Source: Methanocaldococcus sp. 28A
GTDB lineage: Archaea; AGJL01; Methanococci; Methanococcales; Methanocaldococcaceae
DNA length: 64,000 bases
Strand: one strand, 5' to 3'
Assembly (NCBI GenBank): GCA_049852185.1
Contig: CP187540.1
Under the pieces are notes generated by a model. It saw only the letters and a program-made list of their open reading frames with translations, made no database searches and was not told the origin of the DNA. Shown here one piece after another: positions 1 to 10,008 of the stretch (positions are counted from its first letter, which is position 1; each line of letters opens with the position of its first letter). The translations under genes and the position numbers were made by a program.

Positions 1-199
1 TGAATTTCTTTATAGTTATTTAGATTATTTTTTAAATATGAACTAATGTTTTTATCTGAAATTATATTTAGATAGACATAATTCCCTAAATCAACCGTCA
101 TATATACTCCAAATGTGTGTGGAAGTAAGATAAATAAAAACAATAAAGAGAATATATATTTAAAGTGTCTCATTATATCCACCATTTATTAGAAAATTC

Positions 200-979
200 T
201 CAGTTTCTAAAAACATCTACTTCTTTTGGTCTAATTAAATCTTTTCCTTTTCCATCACCAAATGGGACTTTAGCCCCTCTAATTATCACAACAGGGATTC
301 CTTCATCAGCTTCTCCCATAACAACATTTGCCATACTTGCCAACTCATCGGCAATAGCTACTTCAGTAGTTTTTAACTCCCTTCCAAATAAATCTTTTTC
401 TCCTTTTCTATCCCACAATGCTAAGATTCCACTAACACCTATTGCTATTCCAACAGCTCCCTTCCTAAAAGGTCTTCCAACACTATCAGATATTATAACC
501 CCCACTCTTTTTCCAGTTAATTTTTCAATCTCTTTTCTAATTTTTTCAGCACTCTCATCAGGGTTTTTTGGTAGGGTTTTTATACCTAACACATTACTTT
601 CATCAACACCGCTATTGGCACAAACAAAGCCATGTTTTGTTTCTGTAATAATAAAATTCTTTCCAACTTTAACTACTTCTTTAGCTTCATTTAAAATAAC
701 TTGAACAACTTTTGGGTCTTTTCCAGTTTTTTCAGCTAATTCAATAGCTTCTTTTGAAGGAATTATTTTGTCTTTGTCTATTACGTTTCCTTCTAATTTT
801 GAGATTAAAGTTTCTGCAATTACAATAATATCCCCATCTTTAATTGGATATTGGGCTATTAGTTCGGATAAATTTATATCTTCATTTCCTTTAAATATTG
901 GTAGTTCTAAACCAATAACCTCCACTTTTGTCTTTTCTTTGATGTGGTATCCTGAAATTATTTCGCACCTATAATTCAT
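200..979 (-). CDS. cofE: Coenzyme F420-0:L-glutamate ligase; first ~12 codons lie inside an IS end
   Basis: Motifs VCANSGVDESN, IISDSVGRPFRKG and ADELASMANVVMGEADEGIPVVIIRG. Confidence 0.93.
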   Translation of the reverse strand: MNYRCEIISGYHIKEKTKVEVIGLELPIFKGNEDINLSELIAQYPIKDGDIIVIAETLISKLEGNVIDKDKIIPSKEAIELAEKTGKDPKVVQVILNEAKEVVKVGKNFIITETKHGFVCANSGVDESNVLGIKTLPKNPDESAEKIRKEIEKLTGKRVGVIISDSVGRPFRKGAVGIAIGVSGILALWDRKGEKDLFGRELKTTEVAIADELASMANVVMGEADEGIPVVIIRGAKVPFGDGKGKDLIRPKEVDVFRN

Positions 980-1590
980 GAAATCACCTTCATATTATTA
1001 ACGATATTTTCGAAATAAACCTCATAAGGAGTCCTATAATCTAAAGAACGATGTGGTTTTATTTTATTATTCCAATGAGAGCGTAGTGAAGAGCTATGAA
1101 ATCACATTAGTGATTTCATTCAATCTACAAACTCTTCTAAACTATTAAATCTATTTAGTCGATATTCAACCTCTCTATTTATCCGTCCAACTTTTTCTAT
1201 TTAGGTTGTATTTTACCATATTGTTTCAGTATAGTATATATACGATTATGTGGAATATGTATATTATACCTACGTTCGATAAAATGCTCCAAATGAACTG
1301 GGCTTATCTCTTTATATTCCTCGACAGCTTTGAGAATTGTCCCTTCCTGAGTAATTTCTCTCGGCTTTCGACCTCTACGCTTTATCTTCGGAAATTCTCC
1401 AGTCTCTCGATATTTTTTCCATATCTGCTGAACTCTACGAGTAGATATTTCTAACTTCTTATCAATATCTTTCGTTCTAAATCCCTTCTCCTTCTATCTA
1501 ATAATTTTCTTAATATTTTTATCTCAACCTTATATTATTTATGTTATCTTTTTTATTACTTATAGGTGCGAAATATTTTCGGATACAATA
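943..1590 (-). mobile_element. Internally deleted IS481-family (ISA0963-like) element, copy 1
   Basis: Terminal inverted repeats TGTGGTATCCTGAAATTATTTCGCACCTATAA / TATAGGTGCGAAATATTTTCGGATACAATA. The minus strand encodes the HTH fragment KKLEISTRRVQQIWKKYRETGEFPKIKRRGRKP. Confidence 0.8.
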
Positions 1591-1870
1591 AAAATTTAAG
1601 AGTATTTATCGATTTAAAGTCAAAATCGAGGCTAATATACATAGTCATGTAAAAATTACAACGCAATATTAAACGAAATATACAGTAAAGTCATAGTTTA
1701 TAATACTATCCGAGCCATAAAAACTAAATTACCTCTATATGATGAATATGAATATAAAAATAATTTATTTACTCAAGAATCGAACTTGGGGTTCTTAAAT
1801 CTCGATTATAAAAAATTATAACTCCTTTGTAGCCGTTTTATCATAAAAACTTTTGCATAAAACTATAATT

Positions 1871-1931
1871 CCTCGATGATGAGCAATAAAAGCTGATTAA
1901 TATGATGAACCCTTTCGGGGTATCTGAGAGG
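1871..1931 (+). ncRNA. C/D-box methylation guide sRNA
   Basis: CCTC-gATGATGA(C)-gcaataaaag-CTGA(D')-ttaat-ATGATGA(C')-accctttcggggtat-CTGA(D)-GAGG, closed by a terminal stem. Confidence 0.88.
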
Positions 1932-1940
1932 AATTAATTT

Positions 1941-2219
1941 TTATTTAACTTCAATAGTATATTTCTTTGAAGCTTCTTTGAATATCATTGAAGAGGATGC
2001 AAATTTTAAATATAAGAGTGCTTTATCAACATCTATAACCTTTGTTGGGGCTATATGAGTTATACCAAATCCTTTAAATAAATCTGGTAAAGATTGAGCT
2101 GTAGGACCTACTAAAATCTTTAATTTGGCATTTTTAGCCCTATCTAAAACAAAATCTAATGTATCGTTTAATAATGATGTTCCACTTATAAATACGGCAG
2201 TTTCCTTAAAATAGAACAT
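1941..2219 (-). pseudogene. C-terminal fragment of a DUF364-like Rossmann-fold protein
   Basis: ISGTSLLNDTLD...ILVGPTA motif typical of DUF364; N-terminal part absent. Confidence 0.65.
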
Positions 2220-2242
2220 ACAAACAAAATATTATAAAGTGA

Positions 2243-2408
2243 TAGTTCCGATATGTGGAGGAAATTAAGCCCGAATAGGGCTACTATTAAGCTTAAGATG
2301 TGGGGAGTTTCCGTTCCTTCTGATTACCAACCGATGACGTTGGAAGGCTGGAAGGTTATCTTCTACAATCGTTTCAATTGTTCCAAAAATAGCGGAGAAT
2401 CAGAACGG
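2243..2408 (+). ncRNA. Structured GC-rich RNA, HgcC/TnpB omegaRNA-like, copy 1
   Basis: Highly similar to the reverse complement of 56176-56345. Carries the KMWGV-type tnpB 3'-end reading frame and ends in CAGAACGG. Confidence 0.55.
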
Positions 2409-2469
2409 AATAAGTGTGATAGGACTTACATACGATACTTCCGCAACATGATTAAAGAATATATGCAAA

Positions 2470-2870
2470 CTTAAATAGCGATTCGAGTAATAGAAGCCGA
2501 AGTTAAGAAAAAATTCAATTTATCTCCGAATCTGTTGGTTAAAGCTCCGAAGAAACCCTCGCATAATCCTCTTTACCATAGCTCTTTTATCTCTTTTCAT
2601 TTTCTTTATTATTGGCTTGTAGTTGAATTTAACTATTTTATTTAGAGTATCTTAGAGTATCCATAATTATAAAAATATCCCTCTCCATAAGCAAACTCCA
2701 ACTCCGATTTGTCTAATCCTATAGATATTGGAAATAATGTTTTATTTTTTGAATCGTAACGAGTTATAGGATGTATTTTTATCAACTTTTATTCGAGAAA
2801 ACTTTGTTAAGTCGATAAATGTCTTCTCATAATCGAGACTCCATAATTTCCTAAGAATTTGATTTACTAT
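2470..2870 (-). mobile_element. Decayed IS5/IS4-superfamily DDE transposase
   Basis: Minus strand reads YGKRGLCEGFFGALTNRFGDKL (Y-x2-R-x3-E motif) amid stops and frameshifts. Confidence 0.55.
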
Positions 2871-2874
2871 AGAT

Positions 2875-3201
2875 TTGTTTAGAATTTACAGCAATTTTAT
2901 TAGATTTTCTTATGACCCAACAGAAAATTCAAAAAATCTTTGTGGTTATGACAAAGAAAGATTTATGAAAAGTTTAGGAGAATTTTCTAAGTATTTTAAT
3001 AGAAAAGAAGTTTTAATTGTAGAAGAATTTTGGAGTTTTTTATCTGAAGAGAAAAATACTATAAAAAAAATATTGGAAATTATTAATTCAATAGCAAAAC
3101 CTGATTTTAAAGAAAAGTTTGATTTTATAAATCCATTAATAATCAAGATAAGTTATATACTAAAGAAGCCATTGATGAACAAAAATTCAAAAAATATATA
3201 G
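2875..3201 (+). pseudogene. Probable C-terminal fragment of a type II restriction endonuclease (TdeIII/MjaII-like)
   Basis: YDP...EVLIVEEFWSFLS resembles the YNP...GEEFWDFL signature; no N-terminus. Confidence 0.4.
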
Positions 3202-3265
3202 AAATTCTTCAAGAGTGGAATCTATATTCTGAAATTTGCTAAAGCTGTAAAAGAAATGAGCACAT

Positions 3266-3379
3266 TATAGTTGTGTGCAAAATGAAATAAACTTTAAAAA
3301 GGATAATTTGAATGCCTTCCTTAAAGAAGGCATTCACTAATTCCTTATTTTATTTAAGATAGTTTTGCACACAACTATA
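3266..3379. repeat. Palindromic MITE-like repeat, family B
   Basis: TIR TATAGTTGTGTGCAAAA...TTTTGCACACAACTATA with central AATGCCTTC/GAAGGCATT palindrome. Confidence 0.9.
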
Positions 3380-3516
3380 AAATTGCCATCAAGGGATAGA
3401 AGAACTTTTGAAAGATTGATTAATAATTCAATGTTTAACAATAACAAATACAACGAAAATAGGAAATTGAAAATATTAGAACTATATAATAAACATATTT
3501 AAAAGTAGGGATAACT

Positions 3517-4632
3517 ATGTATGATTTTGCAATTATTGGTTCAGGAGTTGCTGGCTCTACAGTAGCTAAAGAATTACGTGAAAAGTATAAAGTGGCAGTA
3601 ATAGAAAAGGGAAAAAATCCCATCTATGCCTCAGAAGGTAAAAATATAGAAATAAATTATGCCTATGGATTAGGAGGTAGTGCAGTTTATTCCTTAGGAA
3701 ATGCTATGAAGATAGATATTAAAGGCTACAAAATAGATAAAGAAATATATAAAGAAATTTGGGAAGAGCTAAACATTAAAGTTCCAGATGACAATTTTTT
3801 AAATGATATTGACAAAAAATTTATTGAATTAGGGTTTAAAAAGATGGAAAAGTTTATTGATTTCTATAAATGTAATAAGTGTGGAAACTGTGCAAGGAGG
3901 TTATGTAATGCAAAATGGACTCCTTTAAATTATTTAAAAGAGTCAAAAGCAGATATACTCACTGAATTTAATATAAAAGCAATAAATTATAATGGATATT
4001 ATGTAATTTTTGATGAAAATGGTAGAAAAATTAAGAGTAGAAATATAATAATTTCTGCTGGTGGAATAAACAGCCCAAGAATTTTAAAAAAATTAATTGA
4101 TGATGAAAATATTGGAAAAAATCTGTTTATAGATACTTTTGTTACTGTTGGAGGGATTTTAGAAGATAGTTATTTAAATAAAGATATTTCCATGCTTGTT
4201 TATAAAAGATACAAAAATTTTATATTGGCTACTCATTATTCAAAACTCTTACTTAGCGAAGTAAAAAAAGATTATAAAGATGTGAAAGAGAAAGATATTG
4301 TAGGGATTATGATAAAGATTAAAGATGAAAATAATGGAGAAGTTTTAGATAAAGAGGTTAAAAAAGAAATAACTAAGGAAGATTTTAAAACTCTTTCTAA
4401 GGGAATAGGAAAAGCAACAAAATATTTATACAAGTTAGGTGTTGATGATATATTCACAACTATACCAAGAGGCTCACATCCTGGAGGTAGTTTAAGTTTA
4501 GTTGTTGATGAATTTGAAGTTAAAGAAGGGCTGTATGTTTGCGACGCTTCTATATTTAAGGAAGCTTTAGGAGTTCCGCCAATAGTCTCTATTATCGCAT
4601 TAGCTAAGAAATTCACAAGAGAGATTTTATAA
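3517..4632 (+). CDS. GMC-like FAD-dependent oxidoreductase with Fe-S motif
   Basis: GSGVAG dinucleotide fold, CxxCxxCxxxxC motif, C-terminal HPGGS...DASIF. Confidence 0.8.
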   Translation: MYDFAIIGSGVAGSTVAKELREKYKVAVIEKGKNPIYASEGKNIEINYAYGLGGSAVYSLGNAMKIDIKGYKIDKEIYKEIWEELNIKVPDDNFLNDIDKKFIELGFKKMEKFIDFYKCNKCGNCARRLCNAKWTPLNYLKESKADILTEFNIKAINYNGYYVIFDENGRKIKSRNIIISAGGINSPRILKKLIDDENIGKNLFIDTFVTVGGILEDSYLNKDISMLVYKRYKNFILATHYSKLLLSEVKKDYKDVKEKDIVGIMIKIKDENNGEVLDKEVKKEITKEDFKTLSKGIGKATKYLYKLGVDDIFTTIPRGSHPGGSLSLVVDEFEVKEGLYVCDASIFKEALGVPPIVSIIALAKKFTREIL

Positions 4633-4682
4633 ATGATACATTGATACATATAATTTATATATTTTTATAAGGTGGGGATAGC

Positions 4683-6137
4683 ATGGGAATTTTTGATGTA
4701 ATTTCAGGGATATTTAAAAAGAAGCCAAAAATTGCCTACGCAAAATCACAGAGTGTTGATTTAATTGAGCTAAAGAAGCAGCCATATTATATAGTAGCAT
4801 CAGTTGAGTTAGGAAATACAACGACAAAATCTATTATTACTGCGACAAATATGGATACTGGAAAAACCTATATTATTAGCAAAGCTGTAAAAATGACAAG
4901 AGATGTTAGGAAACCTAAAAAAGGGGAGGAAGTTTTTGGAGAAACTTTATGGGGTGTTAAGTTAACAAGAGATGCTGTTGCAGATATGGTTAAAGATGTA
5001 TTATTGGAAAGTTTAAAGAAAGCTGGGCTAACTGTTGATGATTTACACTTCGTTGTTAGGAGTACTGGAGTCACTGCTGGTTTTGCTTCTCCAGAAGAAG
5101 TTGGAGAGATGATTATCGCTTTAGCCCAAGGTTGTATGAAAGCAGGAGTTCCACCAGCAAAGATGACACCAGCAATGAGTAAAGAGCAACTACCAAAACC
5201 ATTTGACAAATATTCTTTCTTAGATAAAATTATCTTTGATGGTGCGGTTACTGGAGTCCTCCCTCCTACAGGAAAAGAAGTAGTTGCTAACGAGATGGAA
5301 GGAGAGCTTGTAACTGCGGGAATAAAAGTTGGAAGTAAATGGACAAATGTTGATTTTAGAAATCCATGTATGAGTATTGACTTTGGAACTACTTTAGCCG
5401 GAAGAATTACAAATGACACTCTACCTTATGCAAAGGTTATTGGTAATTTATGTGGGTTAGCAGGGGGTATAGCGGATGCAATTGCAAGAGGTTCTGGAAA
5501 AATAAATAAAAAGACTGGAGCTGCTTTAGATTTATCAAATATTAAAGGAAAACCAAATGAAGAATTAGCAAGAGAATATGCAGAAGAGATTCATAAATAT
5601 ATAATAATTAAAGAAGTTCCAAAGGATGTGGAAAGATTTGGAACTGTCCCAGTTGATCCAAAATCTGCTGAAAAAGCTGGTACAACATTACTTGGATGTG
5701 ATGTTGGTAAGAATGGTAGTGACTTAATAAAATTGGAGGAATTGGGAAGAGAATTGGTTGAAAAAAGTGATATTCCAACATTGATGTGTTGCTTAGATTA
5801 TGTTATGAGTGAGGTAGTTAGGAGATTGGTAGAGTTAGCTTATAAGAAAGGATTAATTAGCGAAAAATCTGCTGTAGGTATCACAGGAAGAGCTGGAATA
5901 ACAGGAAAAAAACCAGAGTTGATTATAGAAAAACTTAAAACCTTAGGAATTTGGGATAAAGTTGAAGATAATGTTGTGTTTGTTGAAGATGGTTTAGCTT
6001 TAGGAGCTTCAGTTATGGCAAGATGTATGAACTGTTTAGGAACTCCACAAGTACCTATTGGGGGCGTTAGAGGAGGGGGATGTATATTAAGTTTAAGAAG
6101 GAAATGGCAAAAAGAAAGGGGGATGATAAGAGATTAA
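4683..6137 (+). CDS. Methanogenesis marker protein 14 (DUF2114)
   Basis: ASVELGNTTTK and SIDFGTTLAGR (ASKHA-like) motifs. Confidence 0.85.
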   Translation: MGIFDVISGIFKKKPKIAYAKSQSVDLIELKKQPYYIVASVELGNTTTKSIITATNMDTGKTYIISKAVKMTRDVRKPKKGEEVFGETLWGVKLTRDAVADMVKDVLLESLKKAGLTVDDLHFVVRSTGVTAGFASPEEVGEMIIALAQGCMKAGVPPAKMTPAMSKEQLPKPFDKYSFLDKIIFDGAVTGVLPPTGKEVVANEMEGELVTAGIKVGSKWTNVDFRNPCMSIDFGTTLAGRITNDTLPYAKVIGNLCGLAGGIADAIARGSGKINKKTGAALDLSNIKGKPNEELAREYAEEIHKYIIIKEVPKDVERFGTVPVDPKSAEKAGTTLLGCDVGKNGSDLIKLEELGRELVEKSDIPTLMCCLDYVMSEVVRRLVELAYKKGLISEKSAVGITGRAGITGKKPELIIEKLKTLGIWDKVEDNVVFVEDGLALGASVMARCMNCLGTPQVPIGGVRGGGCILSLRRKWQKERGMIRD

Positions 6138-6171
6138 CAGATAAAATTATTTTGTTGTACGTAAAAACCTA

Positions 6172-6240
6172 CCCTCATATCTTTGGCTTAATAACAATCC
6201 CCTTCGGGCTTCTTATTTGTCTATATATCGGGACTACCAC
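6172..6240 (-). ncRNA. Truncated third copy (5' domain) of the HgcC/omegaRNA-like RNA
   Basis: Minus strand GGTAGTCCCGATAT...AAGCCCGAAGGGGATTGTTATTAAGCCAAAGATATG aligns with the 5' part of the other two copies. Confidence 0.45.
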
Positions 6241-6484
6241 ATTATAGACATAATGTTTATATTGTATAGACAATCTACGAATATGCATTAGACATACCCA
6301 ACCGAGTATTACGAATTTCCATGATTGAATAATCGAACTCCTCTAACAACTTATATATTTCGACGGATGAAGAATTTTAAAGAAATATTTATTACGAATT
6401 TTAATACAAAAGTTATGAATAACATCTCTAGGCATAAAAAGGAACAACCTAACTTTTAAAGAGGTTGATTTCGTTTTAATAGTT

Positions 6485-6961
6485 CTGACGGTGTGATTAC
6501 GATAGTTCATTCTTTATTAGTTCTTTACAACACTACTACACTTTTTAATTACTTTATAGAAAGTGTTATTTATTGTAAATATTCTATACAATTGTGAATA
6601 ATCGCAACAAATTTAACAAAACCGATATTGCTTTTTAAGGTTAGATAATTACTTTCACATTGAATCAACTATCTCAACAAAAAACTATCTCAACAAAATT
6701 TTTATCTATCGTCATCTAAAATATTGGAAAAGTTAGATAACTGATTATATAAGCAATAGATATCCCTTTAATCGTCTTTATCGGCGTTAATGTCCTCACT
6801 ACCCCATACTAAGAACATATCCTCAAACTATTTATAGAATCAACCAGTATATCATTAAATGCTACTAACATACAAGTATCACCGTTTTTTAATATATTAT
6901 TTAACCTCATCCTATTTCTGTTTTTTGCTTTTAAGACTCTTTTCGTTAATTCACATGTCAG
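6485..6961 (-). mobile_element. Non-autonomous DDE IS derivative with CTGAC(A/G)GTGTGA termini, copy 1
   Basis: Inverted homologue of 40640-41159, with TIRs at both ends and a transposase N-terminal relic MLVAFNDILV. Confidence 0.7.
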
Positions 6962-6964
6962 TAA

Positions 6965-7464
6965 ATAAATAAAAAGGTTGTTAATGAAAGCATTATAGAT
7001 TATTTGCTGTATAAAAAAATATAAGATAATAAAAAAGAATAGCACTATATAACTTCAACAAAACTTGAAGCAAATAAGAGTATTAAATGTTATTTATGGA
7101 ACTAACTCTTTTATCCTTAGTATTGTATTTTATAATAAATATAACTCATTCATATATCAACATTTTTTCTTATATTTTTATTCTCATTTATTTATGAAAA
7201 ATTCAAACCTACGTCTGGAACTGTAAAAATTTATAAAGAAGGAGTTGCAATATGTATTAAAATATTTGACAATTTAAAACTATTCTTAAATTATTATCTT
7301 GTTTTACCATGGAAATTTTTTAAAGGATAATATAAAGTAAAATCTAAAAATAAAAGAAAGTATATCATTCTAATTCCAAAATCAAAATTATATTTTAACA
7401 TCCATATAATAGACAACGACAATATTGAAGAAATTATCAAAAATTATTTAAATCCTATCCAATA
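6965..7464 (+). pseudogene. Degraded membrane protein gene next to the IS
   Basis: Coding-like fragments KIYKEGVAICIKIFD...PWKFFKG*YKVKSK...IEEIIKNYL with stops. Confidence 0.35.
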
Positions 7465-8005
7465 AAAATTTTTTAAATTCTTCAAAAGCTCTTTTTCTAT
7501 GGGATATTTTACTCTTTTCTTCTGTAGTCATCTCTGCAAAAGTCCTCTCTTCTCCTTCAGGAATAAAAATACTATCATAAGCAAATCCATATCCTTTACT
7601 TCTTATTTCTTCTGAAACTCTCCCTCTTATAATACCTTTAAATAATTTAACTCCATTTTCATCACAGTAGCCAATAACTGTTTTAAAATAGGCATTTCTA
7701 TTATCCTTATCTTCTAAAAGTTTTAAAATTCCTTCATTACCTATAGTTTCTTGAACAAACTTTGAATATGTTCCAGGAAAACCATTTAAAGCTTCAACAA
7801 AAAACCCGCTATCTTCAACAATAACTGGCTTTTTTATTTTTTCATAAACATATTTTGACCCAAATTCTGCAACTTCTTCTAATGTTCCCTGAATTTCAGG
7901 ATATTCTATATTTATTTGCTCAATCTCAATATTTTTTAAATCTTTTAAAATAATATTTGCTTCTTTAATTTTATTTGGATTTCCAGTAGCAAAATAGATT
8001 TTCAT
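7448..8005 (-). CDS. rdgB: dITP/XTP pyrophosphatase (HAM1 family)
   Basis: [20 protein letters not shown] and KISHR motifs. Confidence 0.96.
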   Translation of the reverse strand: MKIYFATGNPNKIKEANIILKDLKNIEIEQINIEYPEIQGTLEEVAEFGSKYVYEKIKKPVIVEDSGFFVEALNGFPGTYSKFVQETIGNEGILKLLEDKDNRNAYFKTVIGYCDENGVKLFKGIIRGRVSEEIRSKGYGFAYDSIFIPEGEERTFAEMTTEEKSKISHRKRAFEEFKKFLLDRI

Positions 8006-8029
8006 GCTCTCACCAAAATTTTATAAAGG

Positions 8030-8104
8030 TAATGTCCCCCCAGTTTAACACCCTCTCTCATCCTTAGCTCTGCCAGGTCAAGAGAGCTAACCCACTGGGG
8101 GGAT
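8030..8104 (-). ncRNA. H/ACA pseudouridylation guide sRNA
   Basis: Minus strand: CCCCCCAG..CTGGGGGG basal stem followed by ACA box, internal pocket, and upper stem CTCTC/GAGAG with K-turn (TGA..GATGA). Confidence 0.75.
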
Positions 8105-8106
8105 AT

Positions 8107-8180
8107 ATAAGACCTTCGTAGGAATGAATTTCATTATTGAATATGCTCCTTACTTAATATGCCCACTGAGAAAGCCCTAT
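8107..8180. repeat. Degenerate palindromic MITE-like repeat, family A
   Basis: Ends ATAAGACCTTCGTAG / CTGAGAAAGCCCTAT. Confidence 0.6.
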
Positions 8181-8268
8181 AAATACTCTAAAAAAAAGAG
8201 CTATTTAATTATTTACCAAATGTATCTATTAATTCAAATTGGCTAATATTATCTTCTAAAATAAAAAA

Positions 8269-8356
8269 TGGTGCAGGGGAGGGGATTTGAACCCCCGAAC
8301 CCCTTCGGGACCGGATCTTAAGTCCGGCGCCTTTGGCCAGGCTTGGCGACCCCTGC
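8269..8356 (-). tRNA. tRNA-Leu(UAA), CCA encoded
   Basis: Cloverleaf with anticodon arm CCGGA-CT-TAA-GA-TCCGG, long variable arm, T-loop TTCAAAT and 3' ACCA. Confidence 0.97.
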
Positions 8357-8387
8357 ACCACAAGCGAATTATAGAATAGATAAACTC

Positions 8388-8404
8388 ATATATAAACTTT
8401 TCGG
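8388..8404 (-). promoter_or_regulatory. BRE/TATA promoter of tRNA-Leu
   Basis: Minus strand CCGAAAAG-TTTATATA about 33 nt upstream of the mature tRNA. Confidence 0.75.
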
Positions 8405-8405
8405 T

Positions 8406-9043
8406 TGAGGTATCCAAAAATATTTCGCACCTATAAATAATAAAAAAGATAACATAAATAATATGAGAGGAGTAAAACTTGGAAAAAGGATTTAAAACAA
8501 AAGATATTGCTAAGGAGTAGGAAATAAATATCTACTCGTAGAGTTCAGCAGATATGGAAGGAATTTCGAGAGACTGGGGAAATTCCGAAGATAAAGCGTA
8601 GAAGTTGGAAACCAAAGGAAATTACTTGAGATGAGGTAGATATTGTTCTCAAAGCAGTTGAGAAATATAAAGGGATAGGTCCAGTTCATTTGGAACACTT
8701 TATTGAACGTAGATATAATAGGAATCTCTCAGGTATAAATAATATTAATGAAATTTGATGCCTTTGGCATCATTTTTCCTTAATTATATAAACTGTGAAA
8801 GTCTTGCTATAAGAAAAGTTGAACGGATAAATAGAGAGGTTGAATATCGATTAGATAGATTTAATAGTTTAGAATAGTTCATAATTTGAATGAAATCACT
8901 AATGTGATTTCATAACTCTCCGCTACGTTCCGATTGGAATACTAAAATAAATAGAGAATATCGAGGTTTATTTCGAAAATACCGTTAATAATATGAAGGA
9001 GATTTCATGAATTATAATCGCGAAATAATTTCAGGATACCACA
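8406..9043 (+). mobile_element. IS481-family derivative, copy 2, with nested family-A repeat at 8718-8807
   Basis: Same TIRs as copy 1, inverted orientation; STRRVQQIWKEFRETG fragment. Confidence 0.8.
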
Positions 9044-9101
9044 TCTTTATAACCAAACTTAATTAAAATTAAAAAATATTAAAAACTATGGGGGTGAAAA
9101 A

Positions 9102-10001
9102 ATGATTTACGATACAATAATTATTGGTGCTGGACCTGGGGGATTAACCGCTGGAATTTATGCCATGAGAGGTAAGCTAAAAGCTTTATGCATAGAAAAA
9201 GAAAATGCTGGGGGAAGGATTGCTGAAGCAGGAATTGTTGAAAACTATCCAGGATTTGAAGAGATTAGGGGATATGAATTAGCTGAAAAATTCAAAACTC
9301 ATGCTGAAAAGTTTAAACTTCCTATAGTTTACGATGAGGTTGTTAAAATAGATACTAAAGATAGGCCTTTCAAAGTAATAACAAAAAATTCAGCCTATGA
9401 AACTAAAACTATAGTTATAGCTACGGGAACAAGGTCTAAAAAACTTGGTTTAAATGAAGATAAATTTATAGGTAAAGGTGTAAGTTACTGCACAATGTGT
9501 GATGCATTCTTCTATTTAAATAAGGAGGTTATTGTTGTTGGAAGAGACACTCCAGCAATAATGAGTGCTATAAATTTAAAAGACATTGCTAGAAAAGTTA
9601 TTGTAATTACTGATAAATCAGAGTTAAAAGCTGCTGAGCCGATAATGTTAGATAAGCTTAAAGAAGCTAATAACGTTGAAATAATATACAATGCAAAACC
9701 ATTAGAAATCATTGGGAATGAAAGAGCAGAAGGGGTAAAAATATTAGTTAATGGAAAGGAAGAAATAATAAAAGCAGATGGGATATTTATAAGCTTGGGA
9801 CATGTTCCAAATACTGAATTTTTAAAAGATAGTGGAATAGAATTAGATAAAAGAGGATTTATTAAAACAGATGAAAACTGTAAAACAAATATAGATGGAA
9901 TTTATGCTGTAGGGGATGTTAGGGGGGGTGTTATGCAAGTAGCAAAAGCTGTAGGAGATGGATGTGTAGCTATGGGGTCTATCCTACACGGGCGATTATA
10001 G
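9102..10001 (+). CDS. trxB: Thioredoxin reductase, probably the F420-dependent Methanococcales type
   Basis: GAGPGG, CTMC redox motif, GRDTPA in place of the NADPH-binding GGGxxA. Confidence 0.9.
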   Translation: MIYDTIIIGAGPGGLTAGIYAMRGKLKALCIEKENAGGRIAEAGIVENYPGFEEIRGYELAEKFKTHAEKFKLPIVYDEVVKIDTKDRPFKVITKNSAYETKTIVIATGTRSKKLGLNEDKFIGKGVSYCTMCDAFFYLNKEVIVVGRDTPAIMSAINLKDIARKVIVITDKSELKAAEPIMLDKLKEANNVEIIYNAKPLEIIGNERAEGVKILVNGKEEIIKADGIFISLGHVPNTEFLKDSGIELDKRGFIKTDENCKTNIDGIYAVGDVRGGVMQVAKAVGDGCVAMGSILHGRL

Positions 10002-10008
10002 TCTAAGG

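Noticed and set aside
165-704. Antisense ORFs over real genes (also 4272-4649, 4868-5419, 11331-11690, 62368-62880 and many in the ribosomal cluster)
   Set aside because: Shadow frames rich in Ser/Phe/Ile/Leu opposite well-supported genes
1206-1454. 82-aa ORF and its paralogue at 8510-8698
   Set aside because: Antisense frames of the IS481 transposase relic
2253-2474. 73-aa ORF MWRKLSPN
   Set aside because: Overlies the structured RNA; at most a tnpB C-terminal vestige, and the equivalent frame stops earlier in copy 2
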